Shown in pieces: positions 23,368-31,666 of a stretch of 32,000 nucleotides of DNA. The notes below the pieces were generated by a model. That model did not search any database, was not told the origin of the DNA, and worked only from the letters and a program-made list of their open reading frames with translations. The stretch's first letter is position 1; each line of letters begins with the position of its first letter. The DNA comes from Lachnobacterium bovis. GTDB taxonomy: Bacteria > Bacillota > Clostridia > Lachnospirales > Lachnospiraceae. The stretch covers positions 59,836-91,835 of the forward strand of contig NZ_FOGW01000013.1 of NCBI RefSeq assembly GCF_900111325.1. The letters run 5' to 3'. Position numbers and translations under genes: made by a program.

Positions 23368-25275
23368 ATGAATAAAAAACAAAAAAATGTATTATATAGG
23401 ATAATAATATCTGCTATAGTGCTATCGATTCTTCTATTGGTCGAAAAGGTGAGTGTTTTAAAAAACATAAACAAATGGATAATATTTGCAATGTACATGG
23501 TTCCATACGTTATAATTGGATATGACATTATAATTAAGGCGTTTAAAGGAATAAAAAATAAACAGCCATTTGATGAATGTTTATTGATGGTAATTGCAAC
23601 TATTGGAGCAATCGCAATTGGATTAATTGAAGACGGTGATTATATAGAAGCAATCGCGGTTATGTGGTTTTATCAAGTTGGTGAATTGTTTCAAAGCTAC
23701 GCAGTTGGTAAAAGTAGAAGAAATATTTCAGACCTTATGGATATTTGCCCTGAATATGCAAATGTCCTCGATGAAGATGGAAATATAGAAGAAACTGATC
23801 CTGAAGATGTTGAAGTTGGAAGTAAAATTGTAATCAAGCCAGGAGAAAAGATTCCAATTGATGGTGTTGTTATTGATGGAGAAACAAGTTTAGATACTGC
23901 AGCACTAACGGGAGAATCAGTTCCAAGAAAAGTTAGAAAAAATGATGAAGTTATTAGTGGTTGTATAAATATTAATTCTGCAATAAAAGTTGAGACTACT
24001 AAATTATATGAGGACTCAACTGTGGCAAAAGTTTTCGAATTAATAGAAGATGCAAGTTCACGAAAATCAAAATCAGAAAAATTTATTTCAAAATTTGCAA
24101 GATATTATACACCAATAGTCGTTTATGCGGCACTAGCATTAACTATTTGTCCGCCGATCTTTCTTATGTTTGCAGGAAAAGATGCAGATTTTAAAGTTTG
24201 GTTATACAGAGCATTGACATTTTTAGTTATTTCATGTCCATGTGCATTGGTTATCAGTATACCGTTGAGCTTTTTCGCAGGAATAGGAAGCGCTAGTAGA
24301 GAGGGAATACTTGTAAAAGGTTCCAATTTTTTAGAAGGATTAGCGGAAACAAAAACAATAGTATTTGATAAAACTGGCACATTAACAAAAGGTGTATTTG
24401 AGGTTGTTGCAATTCATCCTAAAACATTAGAGGCTAAGGAATTACTACATTTGGTAGCACATGTTGAACGTTATTCAAATCATCCAATTGCTAATTCAAT
24501 TAGAAACGCATTTCCAGACGAAAATGATAGCTGTGATGTTTCAGATATTACAGAGATAGCTGGCCAAGGCGTGGAAGCAATGGTAAATGGTCATAAAGTA
24601 AGTGTTGGTAATACTAAGCTGATGGATATGATTGGAGCAAAATGGAATAATTGTTCAAAGCTAAAAGGAACAGTAATACATGTTGCACTTGATCATATTT
24701 ATCAAGGTCATATTGTAATTTCTGATGTTTTAAAACCTAATAGTGCGCGTGCTATTGCAGAGTTAAAGAAAAACGGAATAAAGCAAACAGTAATGCTGAC
24801 AGGTGATTCAAAAGATGCAGCAGAAAATGTTGCAAATGAATTAAAGATAGACAATGTTTATAGTGAATTATTGCCACAGGATAAAGTTTTGAAATTTGAA
24901 AAAATATTAGGGAATAAAGATAGAAAAAATGATGTTGTTGCTTTCGTAGGAGACGGAATAAACGATGCGCCTGTTTTATCAAGAGCTGATATCGGAATAG
25001 CGATGGGAGTGCTTGGTTCTGACGCAGCAATAGAAGCTGCAGATATTGTATTAATGGATGATGATCCACTTAAAATAACTACTGCGATAAAAATATCAAA
25101 AAAATGTATCAGAATAGTAAGAGAGAATATTTATTTCGCAATAGGAATTAAAGTGATTTGTCTCTTATTAGGTGCGATAGGTGTAGCCAATATGTGGTTT
25201 GCTATTTTTGCAGATGTAGGAGTAATGGTTATTGCGGTATTGAATGCAATAAGATGTCTTCGAATAAAAAAATAA
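23368..25275 (+). CDS. cadA: Heavy-metal-translocating P1B-type ATPase (Cd/Zn/Co class), lacking a fused HMA domain
   Basis: TM6 carries 'SCPCALVISIP'. The phosphorylation site is 'DKTGTLT'. Other motifs are 'HPIA', 'GDGINDAP', and the C-terminal helix 'FADVGVMVIAVLNAIR'. Confidence 0.93.
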   Translation: MNKKQKNVLYRIIISAIVLSILLLVEKVSVLKNINKWIIFAMYMVPYVIIGYDIIIKAFKGIKNKQPFDECLLMVIATIGAIAIGLIEDGDYIEAIAVMWFYQVGELFQSYAVGKSRRNISDLMDICPEYANVLDEDGNIEETDPEDVEVGSKIVIKPGEKIPIDGVVIDGETSLDTAALTGESVPRKVRKNDEVISGCININSAIKVETTKLYEDSTVAKVFELIEDASSRKSKSEKFISKFARYYTPIVVYAALALTICPPIFLMFAGKDADFKVWLYRALTFLVISCPCALVISIPLSFFAGIGSASREGILVKGSNFLEGLAETKTIVFDKTGTLTKGVFEVVAIHPKTLEAKELLHLVAHVERYSNHPIANSIRNAFPDENDSCDVSDITEIAGQGVEAMVNGHKVSVGNTKLMDMIGAKWNNCSKLKGTVIHVALDHIYQGHIVISDVLKPNSARAIAELKKNGIKQTVMLTGDSKDAAENVANELKIDNVYSELLPQDKVLKFEKILGNKDRKNDVVAFVGDGINDAPVLSRADIGIAMGVLGSDAAIEAADIVLMDDDPLKITTAIKISKKCIRIVRENIYFAIGIKVICLLLGAIGVANMWFAIFADVGVMVIAVLNAIRCLRIKK

Positions 25276-25380
25276 TAATGATAATACACTAAAATACTTT
25301 CGAAAACTTCAAACTTTTGATATAATATACATTGATTTTTTATCTTAATTAAATAGGAAAGTGTGAGGTAGTAATTTTTT

Positions 25381-26031
25381 ATGTCACGTAAATACGAATT
25401 AAAAAATGTAATCCTATCAAAAGTAAAAACAATAGTTTTTGATGTTGGGGATGTATTACTAGATTATAGATGGAAAGACATGCTTATGGATTATGGTCTA
25501 TGTGAAGAGGATGCAATTAGAGTAGGAAATGAATTATTTGAAGATCCAGACAGATTATGGCATGTATTTGATTTAGGAACTAAAACAGATGAGGAGATAA
25601 TAGATCTTTTCTGTAAAAAGTATCCTAAAGATGCGAAAGCAATTTCCTGGTTTATAAGACACGGAGAGTTCATGCATGTAGCAAGACCAGATGTGTGGGA
25701 AAAAGTTCACATGTTAAAAGAGCAAGGTTACGGAATTTATTTGTTATCAAATTATCCTGAGTCATTATTTAAGAAACATACAAGATATGCTGATTTTCTT
25801 GATGACATCGATGGAATGATGGTTTCATACATGATAAAAAAAGCAAAACCGGATAGAGCAATATATAAAGCACTATGCGATAAATACGATTTAGATGAGA
25901 CGCAATGTCTATTTTTCGATGACAGAATTGAAAATGTTGAAGGTGCTATTGCTTATAGAATGCAGTCTGTACAGGTTGTATCAAGAGAGGGACTTTCAAA
26001 GGACTTAGATATAATATTAGAAACAAAATAA
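25381..26031 (+). CDS. HAD-superfamily hydrolase (subfamily IA-like)
   Basis: Motif I is 'IVFDVGDVLL', motif II is 'LLSN', and motifs III/IV are 'KKAKPD...FFDDRIEN'. Confidence 0.8.
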   Translation: MSRKYELKNVILSKVKTIVFDVGDVLLDYRWKDMLMDYGLCEEDAIRVGNELFEDPDRLWHVFDLGTKTDEEIIDLFCKKYPKDAKAISWFIRHGEFMHVARPDVWEKVHMLKEQGYGIYLLSNYPESLFKKHTRYADFLDDIDGMMVSYMIKKAKPDRAIYKALCDKYDLDETQCLFFDDRIENVEGAIAYRMQSVQVVSREGLSKDLDIILETK

Positions 26032-26040
26032 AATTTACAA

Positions 26041-26070
26041 AAGCAAGTCACTGTTGTGGCTTGCTTTTTT
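26041..26070 (+). terminator. Rho-independent terminator
   Basis: AAGCAAGTCAC-TGTT-GTGGCTTGCTT followed by TTTT. Confidence 0.75.
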
Positions 26071-26146
26071 GGTAAATTTGAAGAGTAAAATGGCCGATAA
26101 AAGTTGTGAGTAGGTTTGAATTTTGATGTCTAAGGAGGATTTTTAC

Positions 26147-27391
26147 ATGAATGAGAATGGAGATTACAAAGATAATGGAAAAAATATGACGGCAGTATGT
26201 ATTTTTTCTTCCATTGGTTGTGCAATTTTAGCTGCTGTATTCGGCGTATTAAGAATAGATATAATAGCTTTTATTGGAACAATAGGTACTGTAATATTTA
26301 ATTTATTGACAATAGTTGCGATAAAAAGGATTCTTAATTCTGGTGGAATTATAAATGAAGAAGTAATTGAAATAACGAGTAAAATGAAAAAAGTAGAACA
26401 AGGTGACTTGTCAGTTAAGTTTGATGGGAATTATGGTATATATACAGAATTGACGGATTCAATTAATAAGATGCTTGAAGAGTTAAGAAAATATACAAAA
26501 GATATTAGCCATGTAGTTAGAAATATTGCAAAGGGTAATTTGACTGTTCATAAGCATGTATCATATCAAGGTGATTTTAAAGAAATAGAAAATGCACTTG
26601 ATAATATTAAAGATCAACTTACAGAAACACTTAGTAGTGTAAATGATAATTCTGTTAATGTTTTAAGCTGTTCAGAGCAAGTAAGAGATAGTTCAGAACA
26701 AGTATCGGAGGGAACAAGTTCTCAAAATGAAGCCTTAGGAGAACTGACGGATGAAATTAAAGTTTTGTCGGATAAGATTGAAAAGATAACTGATAATACA
26801 AACTCAGCTGATAAGATTTCAAGAGAGACAAATATGCAGTTGAATGCAGGTAATGATAAAATGAAAAATGTAGTTATTGCGATGGAAGAGATAAATGCTA
26901 CATCCGATAAGATTGGAGAAATTATAGGTACAATTAATAGAATTTCGGCTCAAACCAATTTGTTGGCATTAAATGCATCAATTGAAGCTGCAAGAGCTGG
27001 AGAAGCAGGTAAAGGATTTGCTGTTGTTGCTGACGAAATAGGTGAATTGGCAAATGAAAGTTCTCAAGCAAGTAATAATATTGCAGATTTAATAAATGGA
27101 AGTAAAAACGCGGTAGAAAAAGGAAAAGCTTTAGTTGGTGATACAGCTGATTCGATTCAAATGGGCGTAAAAAATTCAATGGATTTAGGTGAAAAATTAA
27201 AAGAAATTGTAGAATATGCTGATGAACAAAATGCTGCGTTAAAGAATATTTCAGCAAAAGTAGATGAGATTTCAGAAGTAATCAAGGTGAATTCACAAGT
27301 TTCAGAAGAAAATTCAAGAGTTAGTGCTGATCTGATTGATAGTGCTAACCAGTTACAAGAATCAGTTGCACAGTTTAAACTTAAGTTATAA
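26147..27391 (+). CDS. Methyl-accepting chemotaxis protein, short type (2 TM with almost no periplasmic loop, HAMP, signalling domain)
   Basis: ATG 26147 lies 8 nt after AAGGAGG. The conserved hairpin is '[36 protein letters not shown]'. Confidence 0.9.
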   Translation: MNENGDYKDNGKNMTAVCIFSSIGCAILAAVFGVLRIDIIAFIGTIGTVIFNLLTIVAIKRILNSGGIINEEVIEITSKMKKVEQGDLSVKFDGNYGIYTELTDSINKMLEELRKYTKDISHVVRNIAKGNLTVHKHVSYQGDFKEIENALDNIKDQLTETLSSVNDNSVNVLSCSEQVRDSSEQVSEGTSSQNEALGELTDEIKVLSDKIEKITDNTNSADKISRETNMQLNAGNDKMKNVVIAMEEINATSDKIGEIIGTINRISAQTNLLALNASIEAARAGEAGKGFAVVADEIGELANESSQASNNIADLINGSKNAVEKGKALVGDTADSIQMGVKNSMDLGEKLKEIVEYADEQNAALKNISAKVDEISEVIKVNSQVSEENSRVSADLIDSANQLQESVAQFKLKL

Positions 27392-27555
27392 TAAGTGCTA
27401 ATACCTACATATTAAATGCCGTTGATTAAATTTTAGTTTAAACACAAATTATGATATATGTATTTTGGTTTTATATAATATATATTAATATAGAAGAAAC
27501 ACGTATTAGATATAAAAAAACTTCAGATAATAAAACATAAATATATAAACAAAAG

Positions 27556-27589
27556 ACTGTAGAAAAGTTGATGGTTCTGCAGTTTTTTT
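27556..27589. terminator. Hairpin with flanking A- and T-runs (potentially bidirectional terminator)
   Basis: ACTGTAGAA...TTCTGCAGT forms a 9-bp stem with one G-T pair. AAAAG lies 5' and TTTTTTT lies 3'. It sits between the convergent MCP gene and the minus-strand ORF 27818-28276. Confidence 0.55.
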
Positions 27590-27817
27590 GTTTAATCAGG
27601 AAATAGATTTTATATAAAAAAATTCGTGTTTTTTTTGCAAAACCATATGGTATTAAAAACGGGGAGTATTAATATAGAGCACATTCTCTCCTACAGTCAA
27701 GTAAATTTCATAGTGAATATTAAGTATTCCCAAAATATTTATTTGTTTATATATTAAAAGTCTACTGTGTTCTCGTCTTTTTAAATCCAAAGTTGCAGCT
27801 ATGATTTAAATGTTAAT

Positions 27818-28276
27818 CTAACACAAATAGTTAATGCTTTTATGCTTTAGATATAAAATCTTTTTAGAAAGCAGATAACACTTTAATTTACACAGGGTGT
27901 TATATCCGCTTTTGAATTGAGTAAGTGATAGATTTTTATAAAAAGCATGATTTTTATTTTCACAAAAAGCAGGGAAAGTAATGTTTAATATATCTTGTGA
28001 AATATTTAATTGTAAACCAGTCCTTTCACAAGAATTAGGGTTCTTAAGAAGTTCTGAAAAAAGGGCATAATGAGTCCTTTTTCTAAAAGCCTTAGCCAAT
28101 AAATTATATAGACTACAGCTAAATACAACAAAAATAACATAAGCAAAAATAGAGTTATATAATGCTTTAGATTTTAAGAAGCTAGTAAATAATAAAAATA
28201 ATACACAAAGAATTAAATAACTTAAAACAACGTATAAAGTTTGGTTGATATTATTTTTGCTATGAATGTTTCTCAT
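27818..28276 (-). CDS. Orphan hypothetical membrane protein (152 aa, 2 TM, Cys-containing C-terminal domain)
   Basis: The start is taken at MRNIHSKNN..., ATG 6 nt after GAAGGAGGA on the minus strand (plus 'tcctccttc' at about 28282-28290). Two hydrophobic helices are followed by a ~85-aa soluble tail. No family was recognised, and the region is very AT-rich. Confidence 0.5.
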   Translation of the reverse strand: MRNIHSKNNINQTLYVVLSYLILCVLFLLFTSFLKSKALYNSIFAYVIFVVFSCSLYNLLAKAFRKRTHYALFSELLKNPNSCERTGLQLNISQDILNITFPAFCENKNHAFYKNLSLTQFKSGYNTLCKLKCYLLSKKILYLKHKSINYLC

Positions 28277-28292
28277 TGTAATCCTCCTTCGT

Positions 28293-28378
28293 AAAAATAA
28301 AAAAGGCATTAGCTAACATAAACACAGATAGACTTATAGAGATAAGCCTAATTAAATCGTTTATGATAGCTAATGCCT
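28293..28378 (-). terminator. Long interrupted hairpin plus U-tract between the promoter and the SD of the orphan ORF (attenuator or sRNA 3' end)
   Basis: Read on the minus strand: AGGCATTAGCTA-T-CATAAAC-GATTTAAT-TAGGCTTAT-CTCT-ATAAGTCTA-TCTGT-GTTTATG-T-TAGCTAATGCCT. That gives stems of 12, 7 and 9 bp, followed by TTTTTATTTTT. Confidence 0.6.
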
Positions 28379-28415
28379 CGTTAAAAAACAAGTAACATGC
28401 TTATTTACAAGAAAA

Positions 28416-28445
28416 ATTATATCACGAAAAAAATAGTATTGTCAA
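28416..28445 (-). promoter_or_regulatory. Near-consensus sigma-A promoter on the minus strand
   Basis: On the minus strand: TTGACA (plus 28440-28445), an 18-nt spacer, then TATAAT (plus 28416-28421). Confidence 0.5.
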
Positions 28446-28603
28446 TAATCATTTTTTAAAAATTGGGCAAGCAACGAAAAAGAGTATTAATATATAATTT
28501 AATTAGGCATTATGTGCAGCGTATCTTAGAGATCTAAATGAGCATATATTATATATAAGTTAAAATGACTAATGGGCAAAGAAAAAAATAAAAAAAATTG
28601 TTA

Positions 28604-28639
28604 AAAGTGCTTGATTTTTTTCTTAAAGTGCTTTATCAT
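28604..28639 (+). promoter_or_regulatory. Candidate man-operon promoter overlapped by a 9-bp direct repeat
   Basis: AAAGTGCTT occurs at 28604-28612 and again at 28625-28633, a 21-bp period. TTGATT (28611-28616), a 17-nt spacer, then TATCAT (28634-28639). Confidence 0.35.
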
Positions 28640-28670
28640 AACTTGCAGATGCGATAGGCGCTGTAAAAAT

Positions 28671-28701
28671 TTACTTGAAAAACTATAAAAATTTCAAGTA
28701 A
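28671..28701 (+). repeat. Perfect 10-bp inverted repeat in the man-operon leader
   Basis: TTACTTGAAA (28671-28680), 11 nt, then TTTCAAGTAA (28692-28701). It could act as an operator or as an RNA hairpin. No T-run follows. Confidence 0.4.
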
Positions 28702-28800
28702 GGGTTAAGTACAAACAGTTTAACGAAAGTGATTAATCATATACAGCAAAGTTTTGCGAGCATTGTATTACAAAAATCCTAAAGAAAGGGAGTTAGAAGA

Positions 28801-29790
28801 ATGGTAGGAATCATTGTTGCTAGCCACGGAAGTTTTGCAGCTGGAATTCTCCAGTCTTGTCAAATGATTGTTGGCGAACAGGAAAACATTAAAGCTTGTA
28901 CTTTAATGCCAAGTGATGGACCAGAAGATATCCGTAAACAGATGGAAGAAGCAATTGCTTCATTCGACGATCCTTCACAAGTTTTATTCCTTGTAGACCT
29001 TTGGGGGGGAACACCTTTTAATCAGGCAAACGGTTTGATTGCAGGTCACGAGGACACATGGGCTATAGTAAGTGGCCTAAATTTACCAATGCTTATTGAA
29101 GCATGTGGATCAAGATTTACTTCAGAATCAGCACAGGAGATTGCAACTATTGTAATGGACACTGCAGTTGACGGAGTAAAAGTTAAACCAGAATCATTAG
29201 CACCTGTTGCTAAGACACCAGCTGCACCAGCAGCACCAGCAGCTCCACAGCAGGCTATTCCAGAAGGAACAGTAATTGGAGATGGAAAAATTAAATATGT
29301 TTTAGCTAGAATTGATACTAGACTATTACATGGACAGGTTGCTACAGCTTGGACAAAATCTGTACAACCAAATAGAATTATTGCAGTATCTGACAACGTA
29401 GCTCACGATTCATTACGTAAACAGATGATTGAACAAGCAGCACCTCCAGGTGTTAAAGCACACGTTGTTCCAATCGATAAAATGATCCAAGTTGATAAGG
29501 ATACAAGATTTGGAAACACTAAAGCATTATTACTTTTCGAAACACCACAAGATGCTTTAAGAGCAATTAAAGGTGGAGTTTCCATTAAGAAAATTAATCT
29601 TGGTTCTATGGCACATACACCAGGTAAGGTTGTTGTATCAAAAGCCGTAGCTATGGATCAAAAAGATATCGAAACAATTGAAGAGTTAATTAAACTTGGC
29701 GTTGAGTTCGATGTAAGAAAAGTTCCTGGTGATGCACCAACAAGCATTGAGGGAATGCTTAAGAAAGCTAAAGAAGAATTAGCTAAATAA
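28801..29790 (+). CDS. manX: PTS mannose/fructose/sorbose-family EIIAB component
   Basis: The EIIA-Man N-terminus is 'MVGIIVASHGSFAAG' (His10 region). The Ala-Pro hinge is 'TPAAPAAPAAPQQ'. The EIIB-Man domain is 'ARIDTRLLHGQVAT'. Confidence 0.95.
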   Translation: MVGIIVASHGSFAAGILQSCQMIVGEQENIKACTLMPSDGPEDIRKQMEEAIASFDDPSQVLFLVDLWGGTPFNQANGLIAGHEDTWAIVSGLNLPMLIEACGSRFTSESAQEIATIVMDTAVDGVKVKPESLAPVAKTPAAPAAPAAPQQAIPEGTVIGDGKIKYVLARIDTRLLHGQVATAWTKSVQPNRIIAVSDNVAHDSLRKQMIEQAAPPGVKAHVVPIDKMIQVDKDTRFGNTKALLLFETPQDALRAIKGGVSIKKINLGSMAHTPGKVVVSKAVAMDQKDIETIEELIKLGVEFDVRKVPGDAPTSIEGMLKKAKEELAK

Positions 29791-29802
29791 GGAGGAAATA
29801 TT

Positions 29803-30624
29803 ATGTCAGTAGTTACAGTTATTTTAATAGCTTTAGTAGCGCTACTAGCAGGTATGGAAGGTATTCTTGATGAATTCCAGTTCCATCAGCCATTGGTAGC
29901 GTGTACACTAATTGGTTTAGTAAGCGGACACTTAGGAGCAGGTATTATCCTTGGTGGTACACTTCAATTAATGGCTCTTGGATGGGCAAACATCGGAGCA
30001 GCAGTTGCTCCAGATGCAGCTTTAGCATCAGTTGCATCATCAATTTTAATGGTATTAGCATTAAACGGTGGAAATGTTAAACAAGGAGTTGCAATCAATT
30101 CAGCAATCGCTGCAGCAGTTCCACTTTCAGTAGCAGGTTTATTCTTAACAATGATTTGTCGTACACTTGCAATTCCACTTGTACACGTACAGGATGCAGC
30201 TGCTGAAAAAGGTGATTTTAAAACAATCGAAGTTGTACAATGGGTTGCTATTATAATGCAAGGTGTTCGTATTATGATTCCTGCAATGGCACTTTGTGCA
30301 ATTCCTTCAGGAACAGTTCAGAGCACACTTGAAGCAATGCCAGAAGTTGTAACAGGCGGTATGGCAGCTGGTGGTGGAATGGTTGCAGCCGTAGGTTATG
30401 CTATGGTTATCAACATGATGGCAACAAAAGAAGTTTGGCCATTCTTTGCAATCGGTTTCTGTTTAGCAGCTATTAGTCAGTTAACACTTATTTCTCTTGG
30501 TGCAATCGGTGTTTCACTTGCATTAATTTACCTTGGACTTAAAGAATCAGCTAAGTCAAACGGAGGAAATGGTGGAAGTGGTTCAGGTGATCCACTTGGA
30601 GATATATTAAACGATTATAAATAA
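29803..30624 (+). CDS. manY: PTS mannose-family EIIC component
   Basis: 273 aa and hydrophobic. 'GGTLQLMALGWANIGAAVAPD' is typical of ManY/ManM. The tail is Gly-rich. Confidence 0.93.
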   Translation: MSVVTVILIALVALLAGMEGILDEFQFHQPLVACTLIGLVSGHLGAGIILGGTLQLMALGWANIGAAVAPDAALASVASSILMVLALNGGNVKQGVAINSAIAAAVPLSVAGLFLTMICRTLAIPLVHVQDAAAEKGDFKTIEVVQWVAIIMQGVRIMIPAMALCAIPSGTVQSTLEAMPEVVTGGMAAGGGMVAAVGYAMVINMMATKEVWPFFAIGFCLAAISQLTLISLGAIGVSLALIYLGLKESAKSNGGNGGSGSGDPLGDILNDYK

Positions 30625-30640
30625 TTGGAGGGACATTGCA

Positions 30641-31573
30641 ATGATGGAAAAAAAGAAAAAATTATCAAACGACGACATTTTTGCAGTAACATGGCGTCAT
30701 CAGTTCCTTCAGGGATCATGGAACTATGAACGTATGCAAAATGGTGGATGGTGTTATTCAATAATACCAGCTATTAAAAAATTATATACAAGCAAAGAAG
30801 ACAGAGCAGCTGCTTTAAAAAGACATATGGAATTCTATAATACACATCCATACGTATCTGCACCAATCATGGGTGTTACATTAGCTCTTGAAGAAGATAG
30901 AGCTAATGGAGCAGACGTTTCTGATGAAACAATCCAAGGTGTAAAAGTTGGTATGATGGGACCTTTAGCAGGTGTAGGTGATCCTGTATTCTGGTTCACA
31001 CTTAGACCAATCCTTGGTGCTTTAGGTGCTTCACTTGCAATGGGTGGAAGTATTTTAGGACCTATCTTATTCTTCGTATTATGGAACGTAATAAGATTCG
31101 CATTCTTATTCTATACAACATATTTCGGATATAAAGTAGGTACAGAAATTACAAAAGATTTATCAGGCGGATTATTAGGAAAAATCACACAGGGTTCTTC
31201 AATCCTTGGTATGTTCGTAATCGGTGCACTTGTACAAAGATGGGTAAGCATCAACTTCGCTCCAGTTGTATCAACTGTTAGACAGCAAAAAGGTGCATAT
31301 ATTGATTGGACAGCTGTAGCACAAACAAAAGGTGGCACAGCTAAAGTATTAAAAGAGGCATTTACACAGTACAACCAGTTAGGTGGTACAGGTCTTAATG
31401 TTGAAAAAGTTACAACATTACAGCAGAACTTAGACCAGTTAATTCCAGGATTTGCAGCATTATTATTAACACTATTATGTTGTAAATTATTAAAGAAGGA
31501 TGTTTCTCCAATTGCAATTATTATCTTATTATTCGTAGTTGGTATATTTGGTAAATACATCGGCTTATTCTAA
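30641..31573 (+). CDS. manZ: PTS mannose-family EIID component
   Basis: 'WRHQFLQGSWNYERMQNGGWCYSIIPAIKKLY' and 'RHMEFYNTHPY' are EIID-Man signatures. Confidence 0.95.
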   Translation: MMEKKKKLSNDDIFAVTWRHQFLQGSWNYERMQNGGWCYSIIPAIKKLYTSKEDRAAALKRHMEFYNTHPYVSAPIMGVTLALEEDRANGADVSDETIQGVKVGMMGPLAGVGDPVFWFTLRPILGALGASLAMGGSILGPILFFVLWNVIRFAFLFYTTYFGYKVGTEITKDLSGGLLGKITQGSSILGMFVIGALVQRWVSINFAPVVSTVRQQKGAYIDWTAVAQTKGGTAKVLKEAFTQYNQLGGTGLNVEKVTTLQQNLDQLIPGFAALLLTLLCCKLLKKDVSPIAIIILLFVVGIFGKYIGLF

Positions 31574-31603
31574 GAAATATAATTAAAATATGAGTTACAG
31601 TTT

Positions 31604-31630
31604 AATACCCCACTATAAAAGTGGGGTATT
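31604..31630 (+). other. 10-bp perfect hairpin between manZ and the DUF956 gene
   Basis: AATACCCCAC-TATAAAA-GTGGGGTATT. Only a weak T-tract follows, so this may be a partial terminator or an mRNA stabiliser. Confidence 0.4.
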
Positions 31631-31666
31631 ATGCATATAAAAAAAGGATTAAAAGAGGAAGAAAAA

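Noticed and set aside
28640-28650. CTTGCA as the -12 element of a sigma-54 promoter for the man operon.
   Set aside because: There is no GG dinucleotide at the required distance upstream (TGGCA-N7-TTGC spacing not met), and no LevR/ManR-type activator gene is nearby.
28662-28675. TGTAAAAATTTACT as a CcpA cre box.
   Set aside because: It is palindromic but lacks the central CG core of the cre consensus (TGWAANCGNTNWCA). It is probably just AT-rich symmetry.
29215-29250. Tandem 9-bp repeats CCAGCTGCA/CCAGCAGCA/CCAGCAGCT in manX.
   Set aside because: They encode the Ala-Pro-rich (PAAPAAPAAP) hinge that normally links the EIIA and EIIB domains. This is not a CRISPR array, VNTR or mobile-element feature.
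28801-31573. Visibly higher GC and different codon choice of the man operon, as a sign of horizontal transfer.
   Set aside because: Highly expressed sugar-PTS genes in low-GC Firmicutes commonly show this bias. No flanking mobility genes or direct repeats are present. Numbers were not computed here, so no claim is made.
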